NCBI GenBank assembly: GCA_045626925.1
Contig: JAZUQZ010000026.1
Location: forward strand, 956 to 64,955
Source of the DNA: Candidatus Aphodoplasma sp.
GTDB lineage: Bacteria; Bacillota; Clostridia; UBA1381; UMGS1253
Direction of reading: 5' to 3'
DNA length: 64,000 bases
The position numbers and the translations under genes are program-made. The notes beneath the pieces were generated by a model, which was not told where the DNA came from, made no database searches, and was given only the letters and a program-made list of their open reading frames with translations. Positions 39,885-48,896 of the stretch are shown in pieces (position 1 is the stretch's first letter; every line of letters begins with the position of its first letter).

Positions 39885-40922
39885 TTATTTAGATTTACTT
39901 ACTGCTTCCCAAAGACCATTAACATATGTTGCACCAAGTGCGCGGTCAAAAAGGCCATAACCCGGACGACCTTTTTCGCCCCAAATCATACGACCATGGT
40001 CAGGACGAACATACATGTCAAAGCCGATATCATGCATTGCGCGAACAATTTCGTACATATCAAGCGAGCCGCACGACGAAAGATGTGCCGACTCCTCGAA
40101 ACAATGCTCACCTGTAAGCTTAATATTGCGAAGGTGAATAAAGTGTGCACGGTCGCCATATTTGCGAACAATTGCAGGCAAATCATTTGCAGGCGAAGCA
40201 CCAAGACTTCCTGTGCAAATTGTAAAACCATTATTTTTACTTGGACAAATCTGTATCATCTTATCATAACTATCAGCGCCTGTGATAATGCGTGGCAGAC
40301 CAAAAATCGGCCACGGCGGGTCATCCGGATGAATGGCCATTTTCATATCAACCTCGTCACAAACTGGGATAATAGTGTTTAGGAAATATGCAAAGTTTTC
40401 CCAAAGCTTGTCAGCATCAATCGATTTATATTCGTCTAAAAGCTTTGTAAGACCATCCTTTGTATAGCTTGAGTCCCAACCCGGAAGCGATAAATCGGAT
40501 GTGCGCGGATTAAGAGCATCAACTTCCTCTTGTTTAAATATCAATGCACTTGAATTATCATCAAGCTTATAATCAAGGTCAGAACGAAGCCAGTCAAAAA
40601 CAGGCATAAAGTTATAACAAATAACCTTTACACCATATTTTGCAAGGTTTCTTATTGTTTGGCAATAATTTTTCAGATATACCTCGCGTGATGGCTTGCC
40701 AAGCTTTATATCCTCATGAACAGGCACACTTTCAATTACATCAAGCTTTAATCCGGCAGCTTCAACCTTTTTAACTAATGTTTCAATGCTTTTTTCGTCC
40801 CATACTTCACCTACAGGAATATCATATATTGCACTTACAATTGAATACATGCCTGGGATTTGGCGTATGTATTCGAGTGTTACAGGGTCTTGGTCGCCAT
40901 ACCAGCGAAAAGACATTTTCAT
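39885..40922 (-). CDS. uxuA: Mannonate dehydratase
   Basis: It matches UxuA strongly along its length (FRWYG..DPV.L..IRQ..., [22 protein letters not shown]). Confidence 0.93.
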   Translation of the reverse strand: MKMSFRWYGDQDPVTLEYIRQIPGMYSIVSAIYDIPVGEVWDEKSIETLVKKVEAAGLKLDVIESVPVHEDIKLGKPSREVYLKNYCQTIRNLAKYGVKVICYNFMPVFDWLRSDLDYKLDDNSSALIFKQEEVDALNPRTSDLSLPGWDSSYTKDGLTKLLDEYKSIDADKLWENFAYFLNTIIPVCDEVDMKMAIHPDDPPWPIFGLPRIITGADSYDKMIQICPSKNNGFTICTGSLGASPANDLPAIVRKYGDRAHFIHLRNIKLTGEHCFEESAHLSSCGSLDMYEIVRAMHDIGFDMYVRPDHGRMIWGEKGRPGYGLFDRALGATYVNGLWEAVSKSK

Positions 40923-40972
40923 AACAAAGTCACTCCTTCTTTTGTATTTATATTTTAATCTTTAATACTAAA

Positions 40973-41824
40973 CTAAATCTCTGAAATGATTTTTAATAGT
41001 GAACTATGCGCAAGCCTGAAAGCATCAGGACCACTCAATTCTTCTTCAAGCTCAAGCGCCTCTGATTGAAGATTTTTAAGACCTTCAAAGGTGTGCAAAT
41101 GCGGCTCAAGTGATACAAAACCATTATAGCCACTCTTTTTAAGCTCGCTCAAAATTTCTTTTATTTTACCATTTCCTTTGCCGGGAGCAACAATTTTGCC
41201 ACAACCGACAGAATCTTTTATGTGAATATAAGCAAGATAATCCTTTAAAATTTCGTACGAATCGGGATAGGTAATCTGGTCACATTCTACAAAGTTTGCT
41301 GGGTCAAATACCGCGCGCAAATTTGGAGAATTTACAGCGTCAAGAATATCTTTACAACGCGATGCCACATCACCAAAAATACCTTTTTCGTTCTCATGAA
41401 GGAGTATCACATCTTCTTTTTGGGCAATTTCGGCCATAATCTTCATACGACGAATTACTTCGTCACGATATTTTTCAGCATCTTCACCTTCGGGGATATA
41501 AAAGCTAAAAACTCTTATAAATTTTGTTTCAAAGATTTTTGCAAGCTTGATAATATGATTTAACAATTCGATGTGCGGCTCAAATGGCTCATCAGCCTTT
41601 ATTTTGCCAACAGGGGAGCCAATAGATGATATGCCGATGCCACAACTGTCAGCAAGCTTTTTTACTTCTATAGCTTCGCTTTCTGTAAGCTCAGAGACAT
41701 TTTTTTCGTTTACTCCGCGAATTTCAAAAAATTTAATCCCTAATTCATTAAAATAATGAAACTGCTCTTTTATATCAGGAGAAATTTCATCAGAAAAACC
41801 TGATAATACAAAATTTGCACTCAC
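40973..41824 (-). CDS. Xylose-isomerase-like TIM-barrel protein (sugar phosphate isomerase/epimerase family)
   Basis: Hallmarks of the AP_endonuc_2 fold are present (LHENE..., FDPANF, HIKD, SLEPH). The start is GTG after an AAGGTGG RBS. Confidence 0.85.
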   Translation of the reverse strand: MSANFVLSGFSDEISPDIKEQFHYFNELGIKFFEIRGVNEKNVSELTESEAIEVKKLADSCGIGISSIGSPVGKIKADEPFEPHIELLNHIIKLAKIFETKFIRVFSFYIPEGEDAEKYRDEVIRRMKIMAEIAQKEDVILLHENEKGIFGDVASRCKDILDAVNSPNLRAVFDPANFVECDQITYPDSYEILKDYLAYIHIKDSVGCGKIVAPGKGNGKIKEILSELKKSGYNGFVSLEPHLHTFEGLKNLQSEALELEEELSGPDAFRLAHSSLLKIISEI

Positions 41825-41934
41825 AATAATACCACCTTTTTATACATAATGTAAACAGATTTATTTTTAGATAAATTGTATATTATTTTTGCTTAAACTT
41901 CAATGGCTAAAATTGATAAGGTTAAAAAAGTGCA

Positions 41935-43392
41935 TTATTGCTTACAAATTTCTAAATATCGTTCACATGCTTCTTCCCATGCTTCTTTATCAGCAGGCTC
42001 ATAACGAACAAGGTCAAACGAGTTTGAAACTGTTTTGCGTGCTTCTTCAAGCGAACCAATCTCGCCAAGTGCAACATACTGCATAAGTGCATTACCGATG
42101 CTTGTAGCCTCAATCGGACCTGCAATTACAGGGATTTGTGTTGCGTTTGCAATGAATTGACAAAGTATTTTACTTTGTGTGCCACCACCGACAGCGTGTA
42201 TTGCTTCGATTTTATCAGGGAGCATAGTAGAAATTTCTTTAACACATTTTGCACATTCGAGTGCAAGACTTTCTATAATTGTACGATTAAGCTCGCCAAT
42301 TGTTTCCGGCACGGGCTGGTTTGTCATTTGTGCAAATTTGTTTATGCGCGAAATCATATCGCCCGGACGCGAAAATGCGTCATAGTTTGGATTTATAATG
42401 CATTTTAGCGGTTCTGATGCAACAGCAGCATCTTCAAGCTCCTGATACGAAACAACAGTACCCTTGCGAGCAAGTGCGCGCTTGCTTTCTTGCTGAATCC
42501 AAAGGCCCATAATGTTACGCAGGAAACGATATGTTCCAAAAACACCGCCCTCATTTGTGTAATTATAATTATAGCTTTGCTCGTTAATAATCGGTTCATC
42601 AGTTTGTGCACCAAGCAAAAGCCATGTACCACAGCTTATGTAAAGATTCTTTTTCGGGTTTGACATTGGAGCGGCAACAACTGCAGAAGCGGTATCGTGT
42701 GATGCAACTGCAATTACAGGCACACTCTCAACACCAAGCTCGTTACATAGCTCGTCGCTCAAATTACCGACAACGCTACCGGGCATAACAACATCAGCAA
42801 ACTTGTTCTCAAGGCCAAACTCTTTTAAAAGCTCATTATCAAAATCGCGGCTTTTTGCATTAAGCATCTGGCTTGTTGATGCAATCGTGTATTCTGTCTT
42901 TTTAACACCTGTAAGCATATAGTTAAATAGGTCAGGCATAAAAAGTGCCGTATCTGCAGCAGCAAAAACAGGCTCTTTTGATGAGCACATATATTGGAAT
43001 AATGTGTTAATAAATGCAAACTGGATACCTGTTGCACCAAAGATTTTCTGCTTTTCATCTTCGCTCAACACTACTGCATCTGTACGAGTATCGCGATAAT
43101 GATACGGATTTTGCAGCAGACGACCCTCTTTGTCAAGCAAGCCATAATCAACGCCCCATGTATCAATACCAATTGCATCAAATTTTTTCCCAGCGTTTTT
43201 GCACTTCAAAATTCCCGATTTAATTTCATGAAAAAGTCTTAAAACATCCCAATGATAATTTCCACAAACCATTACGGGGTCATTATCAAAACGATGCATT
43301 TCCTCGTATGAAATTTTGCCGTTTTCGAGAGAAAATAAGATAGCACGGCCGCTTGAAGCGCCGAAATCGAACGCAATAACATTTTTGCTCAT
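41935..43392 (-). CDS. FGGY-family carbohydrate kinase, rhamnulokinase (RhaB)-like
   Basis: The N-terminus FDFGASSGRAILF...HRFDN.P......HWDV parallels E. coli RhaB. The length (485 aa) also fits. Confidence 0.8.
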   Translation of the reverse strand: MSKNVIAFDFGASSGRAILFSLENGKISYEEMHRFDNDPVMVCGNYHWDVLRLFHEIKSGILKCKNAGKKFDAIGIDTWGVDYGLLDKEGRLLQNPYHYRDTRTDAVVLSEDEKQKIFGATGIQFAFINTLFQYMCSSKEPVFAAADTALFMPDLFNYMLTGVKKTEYTIASTSQMLNAKSRDFDNELLKEFGLENKFADVVMPGSVVGNLSDELCNELGVESVPVIAVASHDTASAVVAAPMSNPKKNLYISCGTWLLLGAQTDEPIINEQSYNYNYTNEGGVFGTYRFLRNIMGLWIQQESKRALARKGTVVSYQELEDAAVASEPLKCIINPNYDAFSRPGDMISRINKFAQMTNQPVPETIGELNRTIIESLALECAKCVKEISTMLPDKIEAIHAVGGGTQSKILCQFIANATQIPVIAGPIEATSIGNALMQYVALGEIGSLEEARKTVSNSFDLVRYEPADKEAWEEACERYLEICKQ

Positions 43393-43556
43393 AATATATC
43401 TCTTCCTTTCTTTTTCTGCAAAAGTATATCATAAATATTTTACCATAAAAAACAATAATAAACAACACTCAATTGCATTTTTTTGCGGAAAAAATCAAAT
43501 TTAATGTTTTCTGCTTTTTGTTATTCATATTTTCAGCTGTTATAATTTTGTTTGTA

Positions 43557-43584
43557 TTGACTTATTTTGTAAATGTGCTATAAT
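43557..43584 (+). promoter_or_regulatory. Candidate promoter of the acyl-CoA ligase gene (TTGACT-16 nt-TGcTATAAT)
   Basis: The -35 is at 43557-43562 and the extended -10 ends at 43584. Confidence 0.45.
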
Positions 43585-43631
43585 CAAAGAACAATGTTGA
43601 TGTATAATATGGTAGAGTAAGGAGAATATTT

Positions 43632-45317
43632 ATGTGCAAGGCAGAGATTAAACATAAATTTATAAATATGACTCTTGGGGATTATCTTGATAAATGTGCT
43701 TGCGATTATCCTGATAATGATGCGCTTGTATATGTTGAAAGAAAGATTAGATATTCGTACAAAGAGTTTAATGAAATATGCAAAAAAGCTGCAAAAGGTT
43801 TTATGAAGCTTGGCGTAAAAAAAGGCGATAAGGTTGCTGTTTGGGCGACAAATTATCCCCAGTGGATAATTACAATGTTTGCTACGGCAAAAATTGGTGC
43901 GGTGCTTGTTACAGTGAATACAAATTATAAGATTTTTGAAGCAGAATATCTTTTAAAGCAGTCTGACTCTATGACACTTCTTATGATGAATGGCTTTAAA
44001 GATAGCAACTATGTTGACATTATGCGCAGACTTTGTCCGACACTTGATACAACAGAGCCGGGCAAAACCGCCAGCGAAAAGCTTCCGCTGTTAAAAAATA
44101 TTATATATATTGATGATGACGAAGTGCCAAGTGGAATGTTTGGGTGGGATGATATCCTTGCACTTGGAGAAGGGGTAAGCGATGAGGAGCTTTATGCCGT
44201 TCAGTCAACACTTGATATTCATGATGTTGTAAACATGCAATATACATCGGGTACAACAGGCTTTCCGAAAGGCGTTATGCTTACTCACTATAATATAATA
44301 AATAATGGCTATTATATAGGCGAAAATATGAAGCTTACATATAAAGACAGATTGTGTATACCTGTGCCGTTTTTCCATTGTTTTGGATGCGTGCTTGCGA
44401 TTTTGGCGTGTGTGACACATTGTACAACAATGGTGCCGGTAGAGGTGTTTTCGCCGACAAAGGTTATGCAAGCAATCGAGGCAGAAAAATGTACGGCAGT
44501 ACATGGTGTGCCGACAATGTTTATATTTATTCTTGAACATCCGGATTTTGATAAATATGATTTGTCGACTCTTCGTACAGGCATTATGGCAGGCTCGCCA
44601 TGTCCAATTGAAATGATGAAGCTTGCAATAGAAAAAATGGGAATGCGCGACATAGTAATTTCATATGGTCAAACCGAAGCGTCGCCCGTATGTACTATGA
44701 CCTCTACAAATGATTCTATTGAGCGTCGCGTGTCCACGGTTGGTAAAGCGATGCCGGAAATTGAGTGTAAAATTGTTGATCCTGATACAGGGGAAAAGGT
44801 TGCACCAAATGTTACCGGAGAATTTTGTGCACGCGGTTATAATATAATGAAGGGTTATTATAAACTTGAGGAGGCTACAAAAGCGGTTATAGACGAGGAT
44901 GGGTGGCTTCATTCGGGCGATTTGGCAACAGTTGATGAAGAGGGATATTTTAAAATCGTTGGCAGAGTAAAAGATATGATTATTCGTGGCGGTGAGAATA
45001 TATATCCACGCGAGATTGAAGAGCTTTTATACACACACCCTGATGTGAGCGATGTTCAGGTAGTAGGCGTGCCGAGCAAGGCCCTTGGGGAAGAGGTTAT
45101 GGCATATATAATTTTAAAAGAGAATGCAAGCGTAACCGAGGATGAAATGAAGCAGTTTGTTATGGACAATATGGCGCGTCATAAAGTGCCAAAGTATATA
45201 ACATTTATTGATAAATTTCCAATGACAGCGAGTGGAAAGATACAAAAATATAAACTACGCGAGATGGCTGTTGAAAAATTTGGATTACAAGCCGATGAGG
45301 AAATTGAAACTGCATAA
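43632..45317 (+). CDS. AMP-dependent synthetase/ligase (acyl-CoA synthetase family)
   Basis: The AMP-binding motif YTSGTTGFPKGVMLTH is present, along with GWLHSGD, RGGENIYP and the C-terminal GKIQK. Confidence 0.88.
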   Translation: MCKAEIKHKFINMTLGDYLDKCACDYPDNDALVYVERKIRYSYKEFNEICKKAAKGFMKLGVKKGDKVAVWATNYPQWIITMFATAKIGAVLVTVNTNYKIFEAEYLLKQSDSMTLLMMNGFKDSNYVDIMRRLCPTLDTTEPGKTASEKLPLLKNIIYIDDDEVPSGMFGWDDILALGEGVSDEELYAVQSTLDIHDVVNMQYTSGTTGFPKGVMLTHYNIINNGYYIGENMKLTYKDRLCIPVPFFHCFGCVLAILACVTHCTTMVPVEVFSPTKVMQAIEAEKCTAVHGVPTMFIFILEHPDFDKYDLSTLRTGIMAGSPCPIEMMKLAIEKMGMRDIVISYGQTEASPVCTMTSTNDSIERRVSTVGKAMPEIECKIVDPDTGEKVAPNVTGEFCARGYNIMKGYYKLEEATKAVIDEDGWLHSGDLATVDEEGYFKIVGRVKDMIIRGGENIYPREIEELLYTHPDVSDVQVVGVPSKALGEEVMAYIILKENASVTEDEMKQFVMDNMARHKVPKYITFIDKFPMTASGKIQKYKLREMAVEKFGLQADEEIETA

Positions 45318-45323
45318 TAAATT

Positions 45324-45352
45324 AGACCGTACCAAATTGGTACGGTCTTTTG
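45324..45352. terminator. Hairpin terminator between convergent genes
   Basis: The stem AGACCGTACC-aaatt-GGTACGGTCT is followed by TTTTG. Confidence 0.6.
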
Positions 45353-45375
45353 ATTTTACAATGATTTAATTGTTA

Positions 45376-46452
45376 TTATACATAGCGCTTGACGATATCT
45401 TGCATAATTTGCTCTTTTGCTTCCATATCACTGACAAGTTTAAACTGTGTTCTTGCGCGGAAAAGGTTTTGACCTGTATAATGTGTTTTAAAATATGTAT
45501 CTCCATTGAGATAATCAGCAAGGAAGCGTATGCCGCATTCATATGTAAGAAGGCGAGCCGAGAATACAAGTAGCTCAATTTCCTTTTGTGTAAGGAATTT
45601 GCGAGTATTTTCAAGGAAACCGCGAGTGAATGCCTCAAACAAATCCATATCACAGTACACTTTATTAAGGTCGTGCTCATCTTCTTCCGCAGAACTTGCA
45701 CCAAAGCGAATCGAATCGCCAAAATCGTAAAGTATTGAACCGGGCATTACAGTGTCAAGGTCAATGACACATACAGGTTCTTTTGTATCATTGTCAAGCA
45801 TAATATTATTTAGCTTTGTATCGTTGTGCGTAACACGAAGCGGAATGTCACCGCTTTCGATTAAATCTGTTATAACACTTGCCATGTCTTTGTGAGCAAG
45901 AGCAAATTCAATCTCAGGTGTTGCAGTTTGTGCGCGTCCGCACTTGTCATTTTCAATTGCCTCGCAAAGAGCCTCGTAACGCGCAAGAGTATAGTGAAAA
46001 TTTTTAATTGTTTCTTTTAACTGTGTTGCATCAAAATCACTTAATAAATCAAAAAACTCTCCAAAGCCTTTCCCTGCACTATAAAATATATCAGGTGAAT
46101 CAGTCTTTGAATAGGAAAGTGCATTTTCGATAAATTCATACATACGAAAATACTCTCCGTTTTCAGTTTTATAAAATGACTTTCCATCGAGTGTAGGAAT
46201 AACCTTCAAGGTACCGCGTGCAACATCTCCGTTTCTTTCGATAAGCTTGTTGTGCACATGCTCAGTGACAAGCTTGATGTTTTCCATTACATCCTCGGGA
46301 GAGAGAAATACATTGCTATTAATCTTTTGCAAAATATATCTTTTATTTGCGTATGCGATATATGTATCATTTATATGTCCGTCGCCATATGGCTCGATTA
46401 CTTTATAAGTACAAAACTTTGAAGCAATCTCTTGCAGATTATATGCAGGCAT
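45376..46452 (-). CDS. APH-fold sugar kinase, N-acetylhexosamine 1-kinase (NahK/LnpB)-like
   Basis: EPYGDGHINDTY..., RYILQKINSNVF and the H.D.K..N catalytic loop (VTHNDTKLNNIM) parallel Bifidobacterium NahK. Confidence 0.7.
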   Translation of the reverse strand: MPAYNLQEIASKFCTYKVIEPYGDGHINDTYIAYANKRYILQKINSNVFLSPEDVMENIKLVTEHVHNKLIERNGDVARGTLKVIPTLDGKSFYKTENGEYFRMYEFIENALSYSKTDSPDIFYSAGKGFGEFFDLLSDFDATQLKETIKNFHYTLARYEALCEAIENDKCGRAQTATPEIEFALAHKDMASVITDLIESGDIPLRVTHNDTKLNNIMLDNDTKEPVCVIDLDTVMPGSILYDFGDSIRFGASSAEEDEHDLNKVYCDMDLFEAFTRGFLENTRKFLTQKEIELLVFSARLLTYECGIRFLADYLNGDTYFKTHYTGQNLFRARTQFKLVSDMEAKEQIMQDIVKRYV

Positions 46453-46564
46453 AAATAAACCTCCTCATAATTTTACAGACAGTGACCTAATCATTATATC
46501 ATAGTTAATAAAAAAATATTTAACAATTAGGACTGAATTTTTGACATTTTAGACATAAAAAGTC

Positions 46565-46593
46565 TTGATATGTGAATGGGATTATGATATAAT
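46565..46593 (+). promoter_or_regulatory. Candidate promoter of the second araC-family gene (TTGATA-17 nt-TGaTATAAT)
   Basis: The -35 is at 46565-46570 and the -10 at 46588-46593. Confidence 0.45.
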
Positions 46594-46624
46594 CTTTATA
46601 TAAATTAGAGAGGGTGAACTCGTT

Positions 46625-47509
46625 TTGGAATATCAAAAGACAACTCTTCGAGAGGAATTTGAAATTAAAAAGATTGTTACAGTTCACTATTTTGAATATA
46701 TGCGTGATTACATATATGAAGGGGAAAGCCATGATTTTTGGGAGTTTGTATATGTTGACAAAGGCATAATTGAGATTAGTGCAGATGATAGAAAATTTAG
46801 TTTGCGTCAAGGGGAAATTGCTTTTCATAAACCTGGGGAGTTTCATGCGCTTAAAGCTAATGGACAGGTTGCACCAAACCTTGTAGTTGTATCGTTTGAG
46901 TGTTTTTCGCCACAAATGAAATTTTTTTGTGACAAGATATTTAAAATTAGTGGCGAGCATAAAGAGTGTCTTGTTTCACTTGTTAAAGAGGCGAAGCTTG
47001 CGTTTGCGTCGCCTCTTTCCGACCCGGACATGAAGGCATTAACCAGAAGAAAGGATGACACATTTGGTGCCGAGCAGATTATAAAGCTTTTGCTTGAGCT
47101 TTTACTTATAAAATTATATAGAAGTAATTATAAAAATATTAAAAATGAAAAGCCGATGTCGGCAGTGATTGAAAAAATTGATAGAAATGTAGCCGAAGAA
47201 TTGATTGAATATATGTATGAAAATATAAATCAGACTCTTGTATTCAGCGACTTTACAAAGGTATCAAATCTTAGTCCTACAAGGCTTAAGACAATTTTTA
47301 AACAAAGAATGGGCATGGGAGTAGTACAATACTTTAAAAAGCTTAAAATTGAACGAGCAAAGCTTTATATGCGTGAAAATGATTACAATTTTACCCAGAT
47401 TGCAATGCTGCTTGGATATGATTCGATTCACACTTTTTCGCGCCAATTTAAAGCTATTGAAGGCATGCCGCCACGCGACTATGCAAAATCAGTAAAGTTT
47501 GATTTATAA
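46625..47509 (+). CDS. AraC-family transcriptional regulator (cupin + HTH)
   Basis: A C-terminal AraC HTH is present (FTQIAMLLGYDSIHTFSRQFK). The start is TTG. Confidence 0.85.
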   Translation: MEYQKTTLREEFEIKKIVTVHYFEYMRDYIYEGESHDFWEFVYVDKGIIEISADDRKFSLRQGEIAFHKPGEFHALKANGQVAPNLVVVSFECFSPQMKFFCDKIFKISGEHKECLVSLVKEAKLAFASPLSDPDMKALTRRKDDTFGAEQIIKLLLELLLIKLYRSNYKNIKNEKPMSAVIEKIDRNVAEELIEYMYENINQTLVFSDFTKVSNLSPTRLKTIFKQRMGMGVVQYFKKLKIERAKLYMRENDYNFTQIAMLLGYDSIHTFSRQFKAIEGMPPRDYAKSVKFDL

Positions 47510-47539
47510 AAGACCAAGTATAAAAATGGAAGGTGAACT

Positions 47540-48097
47540 ATGACAACAATAGATATTTTTTTGATAGGAGTCGGGCTCAGTATGGATGCTGCTGCGGTTT
47601 CTATGACAAACGGTATGGCGTATAAAGAGATAAGTAAGACAACAATGCTGATAATGGCACTGCTTTTTGGTATATTCCAGGCACTTATGCCGTTGCTTGG
47701 TTACTTTATCGGGGGCATTTTTTCTGAATTTATATGCAAATATTCAGGTACAATAATCTTATTTATACTCGGTCTTATTGGTGCGAATATGATTAAAGAG
47801 GGTCTTTCTCATTCTGACGATAGTGAAGAAATAAAAACAAAACTTACATATACAGTGTTGTTTGTTCAAGCTATTGCAACAAGCATTGATGCATTTGCGG
47901 TGGGGGTAGGCTTTGCTGCCAAAGGGTGTGAAAATATTATCTTGGATGTGTCAATTATCGGTGTTACAACATTTATAATTTCGCTTGTGGCGTTGTTTAT
48001 TGGTCGCAAATTTGGAAATCTGCTTGGTTCAAAAGCGGAGGTTTTTGGTGGCATTATTCTTGTTTTAATAGGTATAAAAGCTATATTGCCGATATAA
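47540..48097 (+). CDS. mntP: Manganese efflux pump MntP
   Basis: Duplicated DUF204 halves each carry a SxDA motif (GLSMDAAAVS, ATSIDAFAVG). Confidence 0.88.
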   Translation: MTTIDIFLIGVGLSMDAAAVSMTNGMAYKEISKTTMLIMALLFGIFQALMPLLGYFIGGIFSEFICKYSGTIILFILGLIGANMIKEGLSHSDDSEEIKTKLTYTVLFVQAIATSIDAFAVGVGFAAKGCENIILDVSIIGVTTFIISLVALFIGRKFGNLLGSKAEVFGGIILVLIGIKAILPI

Positions 48098-48217
48098 TTC
48101 TTACATTTTACTATAGAATACAGTGTTCTTTGAAGAAATTTGTTAAAAAGACTTGAAAAATGTTAAATAAAGTTATAGAATATTTATGATACAAAATAGG
48201 ATTGGGGAGTATATAAA

Positions 48218-48775
48218 ATGAAGTCTACTTATAAATTAAATGTAGCCGGTTTGACGAGAGACTTGCCACTTTGCAAGGTTAATGATGAGTTATATATTGC
48301 AGCATTTATAATGTTTGGCGATGTAGAAATTACAAAAGCTTGTGCAACTGCTCTGCTTGAAAAAGCACCCGAACATGATATTATGATAACTGCAGAGTCA
48401 AAGGGCATACCGCTTTTATATGAAATGGCGCGCCAGGCGGGCGAGAATGATTATGTTGTTGCTCGCAAGGGGCCAAAGCTTTATATGGAGGATGTAATTT
48501 TTACAGAGGTTGATTCTATTACAACCGAGGCAAAACAGCGTCTTTGCATAGGAAAGCATGAGGCTGATTTGCTTCGTGGCAAGCGTGTATTGATTATTGA
48601 TGATGTTATCAGCACAGGCGAGTCGCTTGCTGCAATAGAGAGGCTGATTAAGACAGTGGGTGGCAATATTGTAGGCAGAATGGCAGTGCTTGCTGAAGGG
48701 GATGCTATTTGTCGAGATGATATTACATGTCTTGCACCGTTGCCACTTTTTAATCCTGATGGTACTGAAAAATAA
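48218..48775 (+). CDS. Type I phosphoribosyltransferase family protein (Apt/Xpt-like)
   Basis: The PRPP-binding motif VLIIDDVISTGES is present. Confidence 0.8.
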   Translation: MKSTYKLNVAGLTRDLPLCKVNDELYIAAFIMFGDVEITKACATALLEKAPEHDIMITAESKGIPLLYEMARQAGENDYVVARKGPKLYMEDVIFTEVDSITTEAKQRLCIGKHEADLLRGKRVLIIDDVISTGESLAAIERLIKTVGGNIVGRMAVLAEGDAICRDDITCLAPLPLFNPDGTEK

Positions 48776-48788
48776 TTATATTATTATA

Positions 48789-48820
48789 AAAAGAGGTTGT
48801 TGATTCAGCCTCTTTTTTTG
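48789..48820 (+). terminator. Rho-independent terminator after the PRTase gene
   Basis: The stem AAAGAGGTTG...CAGCCTCTTT is followed by TTTTT. Confidence 0.6.
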
Positions 48821-48896
48821 TAAAAATCCTGTTTTTATTTTAGATATAATGGTATAATATTTTATGATGGCAAAAAATAAAAGGGAGGATACAAGT

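Noticed and set aside
41836-41862. The sequence TATACATAATGTAAACA resembles the right half of the Firmicute dif (XerCD) site, ...TATATATTATGTAAACT.
   Set aside because: Only the right arm matches partially and the left arm does not. It lies inside an operon's intercistronic spacer. AT-rich chance similarity is likely.
48098-48217. I looked for a purine or PRPP-type riboswitch upstream of the phosphoribosyltransferase gene. I also looked for riboswitches upstream of ribF, glmU and the QueG-like gene.
   Set aside because: These spacers are short, AT-rich and show none of the conserved cores (purine, FMN, glmS, preQ1) that I can recognise by eye. A covariance-model scan would be needed to be definitive.
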